This document shows positions 10,007 through 21,175 of a stretch of 64,000 nucleotides of DNA, piece by piece; positions within the stretch are counted from its first letter, which is position 1, and each line of letters opens with the position of its first letter. A program made the position numbers and the translations under genes. The stretch lies in the NCBI GenBank assembly GCA_963666985.2, contig CAXXIA010000002.1, forward strand, positions 2,240,001-2,304,000, written 5' to 3'. Below the pieces are notes generated by a model. It was not told where the DNA came from. It ran no database searches and saw nothing but the letters and a program-made list of their open reading frames with translations. Origin of the DNA: Spirochaetia bacterium. GTDB taxonomy: Bacteria; Spirochaetota; Spirochaetia; DSM-2461.

Positions 10007-11881
10007 GTGTCGCCAAAAAACGAAGACAAGCGAAAGAAAGCAGTTGTTCATACCACGGCATTAAGCGCATTGTTTGTAATTTTTGTTTTATTTCTTCTTG
10101 CTCCTTTTTCATACATAACAGGCTTATTTTCGAAAAAGGAGTTTCTCGGTCTCTTTACAGATGTCAGAGTTCTCGGACTTACCGTCTTCCTGAGTTTGTT
10201 GGGTTTGATTTTTCAATTAGGTAATTGGAGACGATTTCATCGGCGATGTAGAAATTTTTCCGAAGGTTCCATCCCCTTTGAATTGATTCGTAATCAGTCT
10301 CGGACTGTTCTCTGGAGTTTCTTTGCCGCCGTATTGGCGCAATTTGTTTTTGTCATATTGCTTTTTTCTTTTGTTTATCCTCTGGAATTGGAATACTGGC
10401 TGGTCTATAACATCTTCGTTAACCTTTCTTTCTGCGCCATGGTCGGAAGCTTTCTTCTCAGTTTTATCATAAGCAGCACCGAGGGTTACCTTCGGACACT
10501 CTATAACGATTCACGGCATCTGTATCCTCTGGTTATGAAAATGTCGGTTCCGCTGGCGACGCTGGTAGCGGGAACCGCGTTAATGTTTATTTCGATCAAC
10601 GCTCTTGCCAAGGCCGCGGGAGATATGGGGCGTGAACTGCCGTTTTCTCCTTTTGTCTTCAACCTTATTGCCGGTATCACGGCTAATGTTTTTAATTATC
10701 TTCTTATCGGTCGAGTGAGAACTGTCATAATTAAGCCGCTCGGTTCTCTGGTTAAAGCGTTCAAAATCGCCGCGAGCGGGGATTTTAGGGTGTCCATTCC
10801 CGTTCCCGGCACCGATGAAGTCTCGGAAATGGCTTTTGTCGCCGCATCCTATTTCGACGGTATGAAGGATATGGTGCGGCGGCTTTCCGCACTTGTCGGG
10901 GATCTGGCCGAAAACAAAAGATCCCTGAACGCTAATGTTCAAGATCTTTTAGCGGCCGTTGAAGAGATAAACGCCAATATCCTTGAAACCAATAAACAGA
11001 TGGATAATCACAACGTTAATGTTACCGAGACAACCGCCGCGGTTGAACAGCTGGCGAGAAACATTGACGCTTTAGGCGGGAATATCAGCAGCCAGAATGA
11101 GAATGTCGATGAAAGTGATTATGCGGTTAATCAGATGCTGAACGCCAGTGAGGACTTGGGAAAATTGACGAACCAAAACAAAGAAAAGGTCGTGGAACTT
11201 GTTTCTGTTTCCGACGGCAACAGAGCGGTGATGGGGCGGATGACCGAACGCATCGAGGAGATTATGAAAAGTTCCGCCATGCTTCAGGATGCCAATAAAC
11301 TTATTGCCAATGTTGCCTCCCGGACCAACCTCTTAGCCATGAACGCGGCCATCGAGGCGGCTCACGCCGGGGAGGCGGGCCGGGGATTCTCCGTCGTGGC
11401 GGATGAAATCCGAAAACTTGCCGAAACATCGAGCGGACAATCAAAAACCATCGGCGAGAGACTGGACGCCATCAGCCGGTCCATCGACAGCCTGGGAGGG
11501 GATTCTGCCGGTGTTCAAGACGGTTTCGAAGAAATGACGAAAGACATTGAGGCCGTGAGTGTGATGAACCGGCAGCTTTCCGAGTTCATGACGACCTTAT
11601 CGAATCTCGGCTCGTCGGTATCGTCTTCACTGATCAAGATGAAAGACATTTCCGGTAACGTGCTCGACGGAAGTAATGAAATGAGGATAGGCAATCAGGA
11701 GATTGTTACGGCCGTTACAAACATGAACGAAATCAGCCATAAGGTTGCCGATGCCATCGGTGAAATCGCCGAGGGGACTAAAGTCATGAACGGCTTTTCT
11801 GTTGAAGTACGCAACCAGAACGACAAAACGGATGAGGCCCTTGAAACGCTCAGGGATATAGTCGGGCGGTTTCAGCTCTGA
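10007..11881 (+). CDS. Methyl-accepting chemotaxis protein, paralog of 7323-9197
   Basis: Same length (624 aa), same architecture and hairpin tip. Confidence 0.95.
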   Translation: MSPKNEDKRKKAVVHTTALSALFVIFVLFLLAPFSYITGLFSKKEFLGLFTDVRVLGLTVFLSLLGLIFQLGNWRRFHRRCRNFSEGSIPFELIRNQSRTVLWSFFAAVLAQFVFVILLFSFVYPLELEYWLVYNIFVNLSFCAMVGSFLLSFIISSTEGYLRTLYNDSRHLYPLVMKMSVPLATLVAGTALMFISINALAKAAGDMGRELPFSPFVFNLIAGITANVFNYLLIGRVRTVIIKPLGSLVKAFKIAASGDFRVSIPVPGTDEVSEMAFVAASYFDGMKDMVRRLSALVGDLAENKRSLNANVQDLLAAVEEINANILETNKQMDNHNVNVTETTAAVEQLARNIDALGGNISSQNENVDESDYAVNQMLNASEDLGKLTNQNKEKVVELVSVSDGNRAVMGRMTERIEEIMKSSAMLQDANKLIANVASRTNLLAMNAAIEAAHAGEAGRGFSVVADEIRKLAETSSGQSKTIGERLDAISRSIDSLGGDSAGVQDGFEEMTKDIEAVSVMNRQLSEFMTTLSNLGSSVSSSLIKMKDISGNVLDGSNEMRIGNQEIVTAVTNMNEISHKVADAIGEIAEGTKVMNGFSVEVRNQNDKTDEALETLRDIVGRFQL

Positions 11882-11980
11882 CGTCTTGTTCGGCGGGCGG
11901 ATGGGAAACAATTGTAAACACCTGAATCCCGACCGCCGTAAAGTTGGTTCCCGTCGTTAAAAAATCATGTTCGAGGGAAC

Positions 11981-12718
11981 TTAATAATTCCCTTCCGCCG
12001 TTTCTCCGGCCATGACTTTGATGCTTGACCCTATTCCCAGGCGGTCGGCCCCGGCACGGATCATGGATACAGCCGCATCCCAGGTCCGAATCCCGCCGGA
12101 GGCTTTCACGCCCATTTCCGGTCCCACGGTTCGCCGCATCAGGGCGACGTCTTCAACGGTGGCACCGCCGGTGGAGAAGCCGGTGGATGTTTTCACGAAA
12201 TCGGCTCCCGCCTTTTTTGAGAGTTCACAGGCGATAACTTTTTCTTCGTCGGAGAGCATGCAGGTTTCCAGAATCACCTTCAGCACCGTGTTTGTCTTTG
12301 CGGCGCGTCTCACCGTCCGGATGTCTTCTTCTACGGCCGCGTAATCACCCGAACGGAGGGCGCCGACATTGATGACCATATCGATTTCAGTGGCCCCGGC
12401 GGATACGGCGTCACCGGCTTCGAAGGCTTTGCTTTCAGAGGTCATGGCGCCCAGAGGGAATCCCACTACCGAGCACACTTCGATGCCGGAACCTTGGAGT
12501 TTTCGAGCAACGTAGGAGACCCAGTATGAATTGACGCAGATGGACTTGAAATTGTACTGAATGCATTCATTGACGATTTGGTCGTATTGTTCCCGTGTTG
12601 ATTCAGGTTTAAGCAGGGTGTGATCTATGTAGCGGGCCATTTCGGCACGGGAGATGGTTCCCTCCGGTCCGTGGGATTGGTGAGAGGCCGCGTTTATCTC
12701 CGGTTTATTCGTATTCAT
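11981..12718 (-). CDS. deoC: Deoxyribose-phosphate aldolase
   Basis: IDHTLLKP, VVGFPLG, EIDMVIN, FVKTSTGF, VKASGGIR motifs. Confidence 0.95.
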   Translation of the reverse strand: MNTNKPEINAASHQSHGPEGTISRAEMARYIDHTLLKPESTREQYDQIVNECIQYNFKSICVNSYWVSYVARKLQGSGIEVCSVVGFPLGAMTSESKAFEAGDAVSAGATEIDMVINVGALRSGDYAAVEEDIRTVRRAAKTNTVLKVILETCMLSDEEKVIACELSKKAGADFVKTSTGFSTGGATVEDVALMRRTVGPEMGVKASGGIRTWDAAVSMIRAGADRLGIGSSIKVMAGETAEGNY

Positions 12719-12914
12719 GTTAATCTCCTTGTGGATTTACAGCTTCTTATATAATAAACCGAACGCGGATGGAGTTTCAGAATAATTTTTGCCCTCGGCA
12801 TTCATGAAGAGACATCATAGAGGTAACATTGAGCATGAAGCGCCCCGCCGCAATCGGCGGAATTAAGATTAAAGCTCATCGACTTCAGCGCTGTCCGCTG
12901 TATAAAATCCATGC

Positions 12915-13712
12915 ATGTGCGTCCGTGCATTCGAGCCTGCCGATTTAGTCCCTCTGGCGGAACTCCAGCCCGAGGGGTGGACCGACATCGTGCCCATGTT
13001 CAAGTATTATCTTCGTTCCGCTTTCTGCCGCCCGATGAAAATCGAAAAGGACAGCATTCTTGTCGGTGTGTGCGCGGCCATCGTGTTCCCCGGAACCGGC
13101 TGGCTGGCCCACGTTATCGTGCGGGAAAGCTTTCGCGGCGGCGGCTTCGGCCGGCGGCTTATAAAAAAAGCACTATCCGATATGAATTCCATGGGATGCG
13201 GTACGGTGTCTCTGATTGCCACCGACGCGGGACACCCCTTGTATCTTCGGGCCGGTTTTCGGGATCAGATGGAATATATCGTATATCAAGGATCCAGAAT
13301 CCCCCTCTCGGCCGCCTCGGAAGGTGTTCGTCCGCTGACTTTCATCGATATTCCGGAGCTGGAACGACTTGACCGGATTGTTTCGGGAGAACGGCGCCGG
13401 GCTTTAATTCGGGGTTCGGCGGCCGACGCTTCCGTGTACGAGAAAGACGGGCGGATTAAGGGAGCTTATTTACCGGCCCTTGGCGAAGGTTCCGTTATTG
13501 CTGTGAACGCATCTTCGGGTACGGCCCTACTGCGGGAGAAAATCGTCAGAGACGATAAGGTCGTTATTCCGGAGGGGAACGAAACGGCGCGGCGAATCCT
13601 GGGCGGCTGGGGATTTCGGGAAACTTCCCGAATGATAAGGATGGTTCTCGGCCCGGAATTCGCCTGGAAGCCGGATTGCCTTTTCGGCAGGGCGGGAGGC
13701 AATCTCGGATGA
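12915..13712 (+). CDS. GNAT family N-acetyltransferase (two-domain)
   Basis: RGGGFG acetyl-CoA motif and LIATDAGHPLYLRAGF. Confidence 0.8.
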   Translation: MCVRAFEPADLVPLAELQPEGWTDIVPMFKYYLRSAFCRPMKIEKDSILVGVCAAIVFPGTGWLAHVIVRESFRGGGFGRRLIKKALSDMNSMGCGTVSLIATDAGHPLYLRAGFRDQMEYIVYQGSRIPLSAASEGVRPLTFIDIPELERLDRIVSGERRRALIRGSAADASVYEKDGRIKGAYLPALGEGSVIAVNASSGTALLREKIVRDDKVVIPEGNETARRILGGWGFRETSRMIRMVLGPEFAWKPDCLFGRAGGNLG

Positions 13713-13932
13713 GGGCCGGCTGAAAGCCCGTACTCCCGCCGTAAGGCAGACGGTCCTCATGCTGCCGACTGAACGCCGAACGCGAACGTAACGAACGTCG
13801 ATACGGAGTTTGAACCGTCTGCAATCCGGAATTTTGTATAACTTTTTTCTTTTTACAACTTGAGTAAGAAGAACGAGAATTGATTATGGAAGGAGAACTT
13901 CAGGACAATTCGGTTCTCGCTTTGAGTATATT

Positions 13933-15828
13933 GTGACTTTTCGAAGACTGCTGTTTATTATTTTTGTATTGATCTCATTCACGCTTACTTCCTGCAGGGA
14001 ACGAGGAACTCAGCCGCTGGCGAAGAACGGCATTCTGGATCTTCGGGATTGGGATTTCAAGGAAAAGGGAGTTATCCGGCTTAATGGGGAGTGGAATTTT
14101 TATTGGAAAAACTTCATCGATCCCGCGGCGGATTTTTCATCGGAAAGTTCCGGGAAGAATCTTATTTCCGTACCCTCTTTTTGGAACGGCTTCAACGATG
14201 GAAAGGGAAAGGTCGGGGGAAAGGGATATGCCTGTTATCACCTGCGAATCCTTTTGCCGCCGAATCCTCCCCGAATGGCGTTTACAGCGAAAGATATTCA
14301 TTCGGCGTTTAATCTTTATGCCAATGGAGAACTTCTTATTTCAACCGGTACCGTGGGTACGGATCAAGATTCTTCCATTACGAGTTTTTCTCCCTCCTTC
14401 ATCGGCTACACACCGAAATCGGAGATCGTCGATATCGTTGTTCATGTGTCGAATTTTGATTTTCTTCACGGCGGTATGTGGATTCCCATTCATTTTGGTG
14501 AGACGAATCAGCTTCGTGTAAGAGAAGAATCCGACATCATAATAGATTTTCTCATATTGGGTTTTATTCTCACCATGGGCTTTTACCATATGATGCGATT
14601 TATCACCGTTAAGTTTGAATGGATGTCTTTTCATTTCGGGATGATCTGCATATCCGTTGGGTTGTTAACATTTATTCTCGATGATTTGCATGCCTATCGA
14701 TTATTTCCAAACTCGAGTTTCCCGCTTCTCTTTCGAATCGGATTATGGTCCTTCACAACCGCGCTTTCCGCCTTCTTTTCCTTCACTCGGAGTTTGTATA
14801 AAGATCTGATAAATAGGCATGTATTTAACTTTGTTATTCTTGTAAGCGCTTTTTTCTCTCTGATTATTCTTGTTTCACCGTTAAGACTTATTGCATGGGC
14901 TTTAATGGTTTATCAGTTGATTACATTTACGGCCTTCGGCTACATGTGCTTCATTTATATTCGAGCCGTACGCTTGAAGCTTTTCGGTTCCCGAATACTT
15001 ATCGTGGGATTTGCAATTCTCTTCATTGCTTCGGTGAACGATATGCTCTATATGAATCATTTCATTGAAACCGGCTATATATTCAAATGGTCTTTTATTT
15101 TTGTCCTTATTCTTCAGACCTATTTGATTACCCGTATGGTTCTGGAAGATTATCAGAAAATGGCCATACAGAATCGGGATCTTACCGAAACCCGATTGGG
15201 AGTTATCATCGGATTAGCCAAACTGGCCGAATACAGAGACGGAGAAACGGGGGCCCATCTGGATCGCATTCGGGATTACTGTTTCATCTTAGCTGAAGAA
15301 CTGATTCTGCTTCCTCGATTTAAAGACTATATTGACGCAAAGTATGTGGACGATCTTTGCTATTCCTCCATCCTTCATGATATTGGGAAGGTTGGCGTAT
15401 CGGATTCAATCCTGCTGAAACCGGGACGACTGACGGAAGAAGAATTCAGCCAAATAAAAAAGCATACGACGATCGGCGGTGATTCCATAAAAAATGTGGA
15501 AAAAGGTTTGAGCGACCGAACCTTTCTCTCCCTCGGTAAAGAAATCGCCTACTATCATCATGAGAAATGGGACGGAAGCGGTTATCCCGAAGGGAAAAAG
15601 GGAAAAGAAATTCCGTTATCCGCCAGAATCGTTGCTCTTGCGGACGTTTACGACGCATTGACGTCCAAACGTCCCTATAAAGAAGCGTTTTCTCATGAAA
15701 AGGCCCGCAAAATCATTATTGAAGGCCGGGGAATTCATTTTGATCCGGATATTGTTGATGCGTTTTTGTCCAGAGAGAAAGACTTTAAAATTCTCAGAAT
15801 GCGGCTGATTGATGAGCCGGCGGATTAA
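13933..15828 (+). CDS. 7TM-DISM receptor fused to HD-GYP cyclic-dinucleotide phosphodiesterase
   Basis: LNGEWNFYW extracellular motif, 7 TM segments, HDIGK and HHEKWDGSGYP. Confidence 0.9.
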   Translation: MTFRRLLFIIFVLISFTLTSCRERGTQPLAKNGILDLRDWDFKEKGVIRLNGEWNFYWKNFIDPAADFSSESSGKNLISVPSFWNGFNDGKGKVGGKGYACYHLRILLPPNPPRMAFTAKDIHSAFNLYANGELLISTGTVGTDQDSSITSFSPSFIGYTPKSEIVDIVVHVSNFDFLHGGMWIPIHFGETNQLRVREESDIIIDFLILGFILTMGFYHMMRFITVKFEWMSFHFGMICISVGLLTFILDDLHAYRLFPNSSFPLLFRIGLWSFTTALSAFFSFTRSLYKDLINRHVFNFVILVSAFFSLIILVSPLRLIAWALMVYQLITFTAFGYMCFIYIRAVRLKLFGSRILIVGFAILFIASVNDMLYMNHFIETGYIFKWSFIFVLILQTYLITRMVLEDYQKMAIQNRDLTETRLGVIIGLAKLAEYRDGETGAHLDRIRDYCFILAEELILLPRFKDYIDAKYVDDLCYSSILHDIGKVGVSDSILLKPGRLTEEEFSQIKKHTTIGGDSIKNVEKGLSDRTFLSLGKEIAYYHHEKWDGSGYPEGKKGKEIPLSARIVALADVYDALTSKRPYKEAFSHEKARKIIIEGRGIHFDPDIVDAFLSREKDFKILRMRLIDEPAD

Positions 15829-15918
15829 GAATCGGGGTTCCCGGCATCGAAAGAAACATCGGTGCCGTTTTCACGAATCCGCAGTTTCTAAGCGGATTGT
15901 TCCGAACCCCCCGCGTAC

Positions 15919-18900
15919 TTAAATCACATCCTGTTCCCGGAAGCTGGCGATATATTTCATCATTAATTTTTCATCGATTCCGGGGCATTCGATTCCCAGA
16001 GGCCGAAGATTCGCTTCGGTATGAGGAGCAAGCACTTTAGCCTGTCGTTTGGAATACCGGTCGAAGAAGGAAAGTCCTGCGGTATCCTTCCCGCCGATTA
16101 AGTCTTTGAAGTAGTAAAGGATGTTGTCTTCTCCCTGTTTTTCGAAGGCGGACCGCCATGCGTCGAAGGGAACGCGTTTCACATCGATTCCGGCCTTTGA
16201 AAAGAATTCGGTAAGATCGGCGACGGTCTGCTCCTCGGTGTTGAGCAGATGGTAGTTCGTCACGTTCCCGCTTTCCTGGAGCATCAGGGCGACGACGGCT
16301 TTGCCGATATAATCCACCGGAGTCATCGGGACGAATACATCCAAATCAGGAACCATGCCGAGCTGGATACTGGAAATGAGGAATTGGCTTGCGAAATCGG
16401 CGGCTTTCCATATTCCGTTTTCGGTATCGCCGGTGATTTGACCGGGCCGGAAAACCAGGGCGTCCAAACCTTTTTCCCGAGCCGAAGCGATGCATTTTTC
16501 GGCGACCCATTTCGTTTGAGAATAGCCGAGAAGAAAGCCTTCGGAAACGGAAGCTTCGGAGGTTTCATCGACGATTTTTTCGAAGTAGGAGGGAGAATCG
16601 AAGATGCTGTAGGAGGAAATATAGGCAAGGCGTTTGGGCTTTCCCGCCGCGCAGAGACGGATCGCCTCTATGACGGACCCGACATTGGTTTCTTTCATCA
16701 TCTGGTAGGGATAAAGGAAATTCAAATGCGCGCCGTTATGGAGAACGATATCCGCCTCTTCGGCGATTCGTGAGAAATCCTTCGCGGACATTCCGAGGGA
16801 CGGCCGTGACAAATCGCCGAGAATGGGAATAATCCGGTTCCGCATGGATTCGTCCCATGAACGGTAACTTAGGAGATTATTTCGGATGCGCTGCATCCCG
16901 GATTCGGCATCGGCGGCCCTGACATGGCAGAAAAGAACGGAATCCGTTTCCCGAATCAATTCCCGGATGAGATAGGCGCCGAGGAAACCGGTGGCTCCGG
17001 TCAGGAAGATCGCGGACGGTTTGGTGATGTTCGGCCTGCCGGGTGATGCAAAGCGAAGATCATCGGGCAGAACGGCTTCCTTTTTCAGGTCGATACCGCC
17101 GCCGGCCGAGTTTGCCGCTTCACCGTCAAGGAGCGCCCCGATTCGAACCGCGAGGCGCCGCGCCGTCGGACGGCCGATAAACTCGGAAAAGGGAATTTTC
17201 ACGCCGAACATTGCTTCCAGCGCGAAGACGAGCCGCGTAACGGCAAGGGAATCCATACCCGCCGCAAGAAGGTTGTCTTCCGGTCCGGGATTTTTTTTCA
17301 GGTTGAATTTTTCCGTCAGTTCTCGAAGGATGCGTGCTTCAATTTCGTCCGTGGGCGCTTTATGAAGCGCCGATGCTGCGGCGGAAGAACCCGATGCCGG
17401 TCCGGCCTTGGAAGGTCCGGCGGCGCCCTCCGCGGCTTTATCGGCAGGCTTGCCGTTATTCGGCGCCGATGAAGGAATCCTTTCAAGTTTGTCTTTCAGA
17501 TAAAGATCTTTTACGGCGATTCTTCTGATTTTTCTGTTGTCCGTTCGCGGCAGGGAAGCCGAAGTTACGAAGACGATGTCATGGGGAGAAAGGCCGAATT
17601 TCTCCAGAAGTACCGCGGCGATGGCTTCCGACGCGTTCTGCCGATTAATACCGGCGGCGGCTTCAACGCAAAGCACGAACTCTTCTTTTCGATTGTTCGT
17701 TACGGAAAAAGCGGCGAAGTCGCAGTCTTTCATTCCCGGAATTCCGGCGGCCGCCAATTCGAAATCCTGAGGATAGTAGTTTTTACCGGCGACGATTATT
17801 AGCTCCTTGATTCTGCCGGTAACGTAAAGATGTCCTTCGTGGAGAATGCCGAGGTCGCCCGTGCGGAGAAAAAATCCATCTTCGCCGCTTAGCGTGTTAC
17901 GGAAGGTTTTCTGAGTTTCCGCTTCGTTATTCCAGTAACCCTTGGCAACGGCGGGTCCCTGAACCCAAATCTCACCGATTTCTCCCGGCCCGCAGAGCTT
18001 TTCGGTTTCGGGATTAACGATGCGGACCGTAAAGCTGTCCATCACTTCCCCGCAGGACACGAAGGTTCGTTTATCGCGTGAATCGGCGGCGGCTTCTTCA
18101 AAGAAGTTTTCGGCAACTCTTGAAGCCTCCACGACGGCGGTGCGAATCGGCGCGGGCTTTTTCTGGCAGGAAACCAGGATGGTTGTTTCGGACATGCCGT
18201 AACCGGGAGTGAAGCTGTCGATGGAGAAACCGGTGCCGTCCATCAATTCGGCGAAGGCTTCCAGGGTTTCGATATCAATGGCTTCCGATCCGTTTCCCGC
18301 GGCTTTAATGGCCGAAAGATCGAGATCTTTTACCTTTTCTTTGTCCAAAACATCGGCGCAGAGCCTGTAAATGGAATTGGGTGCGGCAATGAGGAACGCG
18401 CCGTATCGGGAGGCGATGTCGAAGAGCCGGAAGGGATCTTCCATGAACGCCGGAGGAGTCATATTAATGCTGTTGTAGCCGACATACACACTGAAAAGGC
18501 CGTGATACACAAGGCCTATGCTATGGAAGAACGGTGCGAATCCCACCGAAGGTTCTCTCATGGGATAGGCCGCTGTTTTCGCGATGTCGCGGATATTGGA
18601 AAGGATGTTCCGATGGCTCAGCATGATGCCCTTGGGCTGGGAGACGGATCCCGAAGTGTACTGCAGAACGGCCGTATCGTTCGGATCGATCGCTTCGGGA
18701 ACATAGTCGTCCGGTTTGCAGCGGCCATTGTCGATGTTGAACAGGGAAAACCCCTTGGCCAATCTGATAAGTCCCTTCATCAGGAATGTGGGAACGGCCT
18801 TCGGATACATCGCTTTTTCAAGGATGGGGGCCAGAAATTTATTGCAGAGTATAAATCGCGGCTTTGCGGATTTTAATACCGATTTGAAGCGGAGTTTTTT

Positions 18901-19206
18901 CTGTGCGTCCACCGGGGGCGGAATGATGACGATGATTCCGCCGGCGTAGAGGGTGCCGAAGAGGGAAAGGATGTTGTCATGGGTTTGCGAGGAGAACACC
19001 AGGACCCTCTGCCCTCTTTTTAATCCCATCCTTTTCAGGTCCGCCGCGATGCGTCGGGCCTCATCATAGACTTCTTTAAAGGTGAACTCGTAGATGTTCT
19101 CTTTGCCGTCCCGGTGATAAATGAACGTGTAGGCTGTTTCGTTCGGGGTGAGTCGTGCTTTTTCTTCGAGCAGTTCGGTTAATGTCCAAGCGCTGCTGTA
19201 TTCCAT
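15919..19206 (-). CDS. Fatty acyl-AMP ligase - ACP - thioester reductase (R domain) fusion
   Basis: QYTSGS, GYGMSE, RTGDLG, GKNYYPQD (FAAL-type); GMDSL carrier Ser; FLTGATGFLG and GYSQTKW (R domain). Start ATG 19206 after GAGG (ORF is open to 19275). Confidence 0.9.
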   Translation of the reverse strand: MEYSSAWTLTELLEEKARLTPNETAYTFIYHRDGKENIYEFTFKEVYDEARRIAADLKRMGLKRGQRVLVFSSQTHDNILSLFGTLYAGGIIVIIPPPVDAQKKLRFKSVLKSAKPRFILCNKFLAPILEKAMYPKAVPTFLMKGLIRLAKGFSLFNIDNGRCKPDDYVPEAIDPNDTAVLQYTSGSVSQPKGIMLSHRNILSNIRDIAKTAAYPMREPSVGFAPFFHSIGLVYHGLFSVYVGYNSINMTPPAFMEDPFRLFDIASRYGAFLIAAPNSIYRLCADVLDKEKVKDLDLSAIKAAGNGSEAIDIETLEAFAELMDGTGFSIDSFTPGYGMSETTILVSCQKKPAPIRTAVVEASRVAENFFEEAAADSRDKRTFVSCGEVMDSFTVRIVNPETEKLCGPGEIGEIWVQGPAVAKGYWNNEAETQKTFRNTLSGEDGFFLRTGDLGILHEGHLYVTGRIKELIIVAGKNYYPQDFELAAAGIPGMKDCDFAAFSVTNNRKEEFVLCVEAAAGINRQNASEAIAAVLLEKFGLSPHDIVFVTSASLPRTDNRKIRRIAVKDLYLKDKLERIPSSAPNNGKPADKAAEGAAGPSKAGPASGSSAAASALHKAPTDEIEARILRELTEKFNLKKNPGPEDNLLAAGMDSLAVTRLVFALEAMFGVKIPFSEFIGRPTARRLAVRIGALLDGEAANSAGGGIDLKKEAVLPDDLRFASPGRPNITKPSAIFLTGATGFLGAYLIRELIRETDSVLFCHVRAADAESGMQRIRNNLLSYRSWDESMRNRIIPILGDLSRPSLGMSAKDFSRIAEEADIVLHNGAHLNFLYPYQMMKETNVGSVIEAIRLCAAGKPKRLAYISSYSIFDSPSYFEKIVDETSEASVSEGFLLGYSQTKWVAEKCIASAREKGLDALVFRPGQITGDTENGIWKAADFASQFLISSIQLGMVPDLDVFVPMTPVDYIGKAVVALMLQESGNVTNYHLLNTEEQTVADLTEFFSKAGIDVKRVPFDAWRSAFEKQGEDNILYYFKDLIGGKDTAGLSFFDRYSKRQAKVLAPHTEANLRPLGIECPGIDEKLMMKYIASFREQDVI

Positions 19207-19274
19207 GGCATCCTCGTGAATTGGGGCTATTCGCCTTCCGTCCGGGAAGAGACGGGCGGAAGGCGTTTTTTGCA

Positions 19275-20024
19275 TTATGAGCTGTGGCGGTTCTTTTTAT
19301 CGGTCTTTTTCGGCGGAGTCTGTCCGCCGGGCAGATTGCAATCGCCGCCGTTTTCATCGATGACATTCTGCATTTCCGCGTGAACCGCCTCCGAGAAGGC
19401 TTTCATCGCTTCTTTTCTGCTTTGTGAGTTTTTAAGATAAGATTCGGGATACAGGGGTTTCCCGATGATGTACTCCACTCGAGGCGGAAGCCAGGGGAAA
19501 ATACGCCAGGCTTTTCGTTCATGGAGAACTTCGGTCATGGGAAGAACCGGAACATCGGCCGCAAGGGCGAAATGGAAAGCACCCGGGAAAAAAGGGGCGA
19601 TATTCTGATTCCTATGATACAAAACCCCTTCGGGATAGATATGGACAACATGTTTTTTCTTCAGGGCTTTCAGAATCGGGGTGGTAACGGATAAAGGCCT
19701 GTCTTCCGGAATTCCGAAAGCGCCCATGATTCTGCACAGCCAGCCGATATACGTTCGTTCCACGTTCTTTTGCTCTGCACAGTACCAGAGACGCCTTGGC
19801 CAGACGGTCATGCCTGCAAAAATTGGTTCACCATAGAGGCAGTGGTTGGAGACGGTTATGAATCCCCGGCGTCCGATTGAACGGAGGTTTTTTCCGCCTT
19901 TAATCCGCATGGCGTAAAGAACGCGGACGACCGGGCAGACCAGGACTTTGGCCAGAAAGGTCATGATGCCGGTAGCGACTGTCCGCGGAAAAGAAAAATT
20001 GATGATGGGGTGATCGGATGCCAT
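19275..20024 (-). CDS. PlsC-family lysophospholipid acyltransferase (NHxxxxE variant)
   Basis: SNHCLYGE motif I, YPEG, GAFHFA...VPVLP. Confidence 0.8.
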   Translation of the reverse strand: MASDHPIINFSFPRTVATGIMTFLAKVLVCPVVRVLYAMRIKGGKNLRSIGRRGFITVSNHCLYGEPIFAGMTVWPRRLWYCAEQKNVERTYIGWLCRIMGAFGIPEDRPLSVTTPILKALKKKHVVHIYPEGVLYHRNQNIAPFFPGAFHFALAADVPVLPMTEVLHERKAWRIFPWLPPRVEYIIGKPLYPESYLKNSQSRKEAMKAFSEAVHAEMQNVIDENGGDCNLPGGQTPPKKTDKKNRHSS

Positions 20025-21175
20025 CAGCCGTCACCCGTGCGGGAGTAGGTTACCACGCGTCCTTTCCAGGAATATCCCCGACCGGAAAATCCGTTGATGA
20101 TGGAACTCAGGCATACCCATGCCATAACGGCGAACTGGACCGGATAAAGGAACGGGACATACCATTTCTGCCTTCTATCCCAAAGAACCGCCGCCCAGGC
20201 GGTCAGGAAGGTTGCCATTCCAATCCAGATTCCGAGGGGCAACGTATGTCCCCGCAGCAGATCGGCGGCCGCGATAAGGGGCGGAGAAAGGATTAATCCG
20301 CCCAACAGGATGATTATCAGGCCGAGCGTCAGGGCGCTGCCGTCGAAGTATTCCAGCTGAATCCGTCGAAGGCCTTTAAAAGCCTCGCCGAAAGAACCGT
20401 AGAGTTCTCCGGAAAGAACGTCTTTTGCGTCCAGGAAGGCATGCCGGAAACCTTTTTCTTTCATACGCCGGGCCATGCAGACATCTTCGTTGATTCTGTT
20501 TTTCACGGCATCGTATCCGCCGGCTTCGTCATAGGCTTTTCGGGTGTAGGCGAAAATTTGGCCTATGGCGTGGCTGTCTTTTGGATTTGTGTTTTCCATA
20601 ACCTTCCAGAGGCGAACGATGTTCATGGTCGGCATGTAGAATACGGGAGCCAGCAGTGCTTCACCGAAGTTCCTCATGGGGTGGCGGGCATAGCCCGAAA
20701 GGGAATCCGCTTCGTGGACCGTCAGATTGGTTGCCGCCCAGGCGATGAGATCGGTTTGAGGAGCCATGTCGGCATCCAGAAAAAGAAGGATATCGCCGCT
20801 TGCGTGTCCGGCCAGCTGCGAGAGGGCCCAGGGTTTGCCGTTCCACCCTTCGGGGATCGGGCCGCCTTCGATAATTTTAAACCGCGAATCACCCTCGGCG
20901 GCTTGGTCCATAAGGGCGCGGGTTCCGTCGGTGGAATGGTCATCCAGAAGGATAACCTCATAATTCGCATAATTTTGGCGCTTCAGGCCTTCCAGACAAG
21001 GACCGATTCGTCTTTCTTCGTTTCGCGCCGGAACCAGGATGGAAACTTTGGGGCCTTCGAAAATCTCAGGTTTTTGAGTTGCCTTTCGCATGAAAAGGAC
21101 ATTCCTGATACCCATCCATAAGAAAAACATGCCCATCCCGATGATGAGGGCGGAGTACAGAGTGATGAAATCCAA
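20024..21175 (-). CDS. Membrane glycosyltransferase family 2 (CrtQ/HpnB-like)
   Basis: VPARNEE, DDHSTDGT, GWNGKPWA, FLDAD, ED and C-terminal WKGR motifs. Confidence 0.85.
   Translation of the reverse strand: MDFITLYSALIIGMGMFFLWMGIRNVLFMRKATQKPEIFEGPKVSILVPARNEERRIGPCLEGLKRQNYANYEVILLDDHSTDGTRALMDQAAEGDSRFKIIEGGPIPEGWNGKPWALSQLAGHASGDILLFLDADMAPQTDLIAWAATNLTVHEADSLSGYARHPMRNFGEALLAPVFYMPTMNIVRLWKVMENTNPKDSHAIGQIFAYTRKAYDEAGGYDAVKNRINEDVCMARRMKEKGFRHAFLDAKDVLSGELYGSFGEAFKGLRRIQLEYFDGSALTLGLIIILLGGLILSPPLIAAADLLRGHTLPLGIWIGMATFLTAWAAVLWDRRQKWYVPFLYPVQFAVMAWVCLSSIINGFSGRGYSWKGRVVTYSRTGDG

Noticed and set aside
13771..13800. GAACG-rich short repeats
   Set aside because: Short, imperfect and low complexity
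17360..17470. Ala/Gly/Ser/Pro-rich stretch in the FAAL protein
   Set aside because: Ordinary interdomain linker
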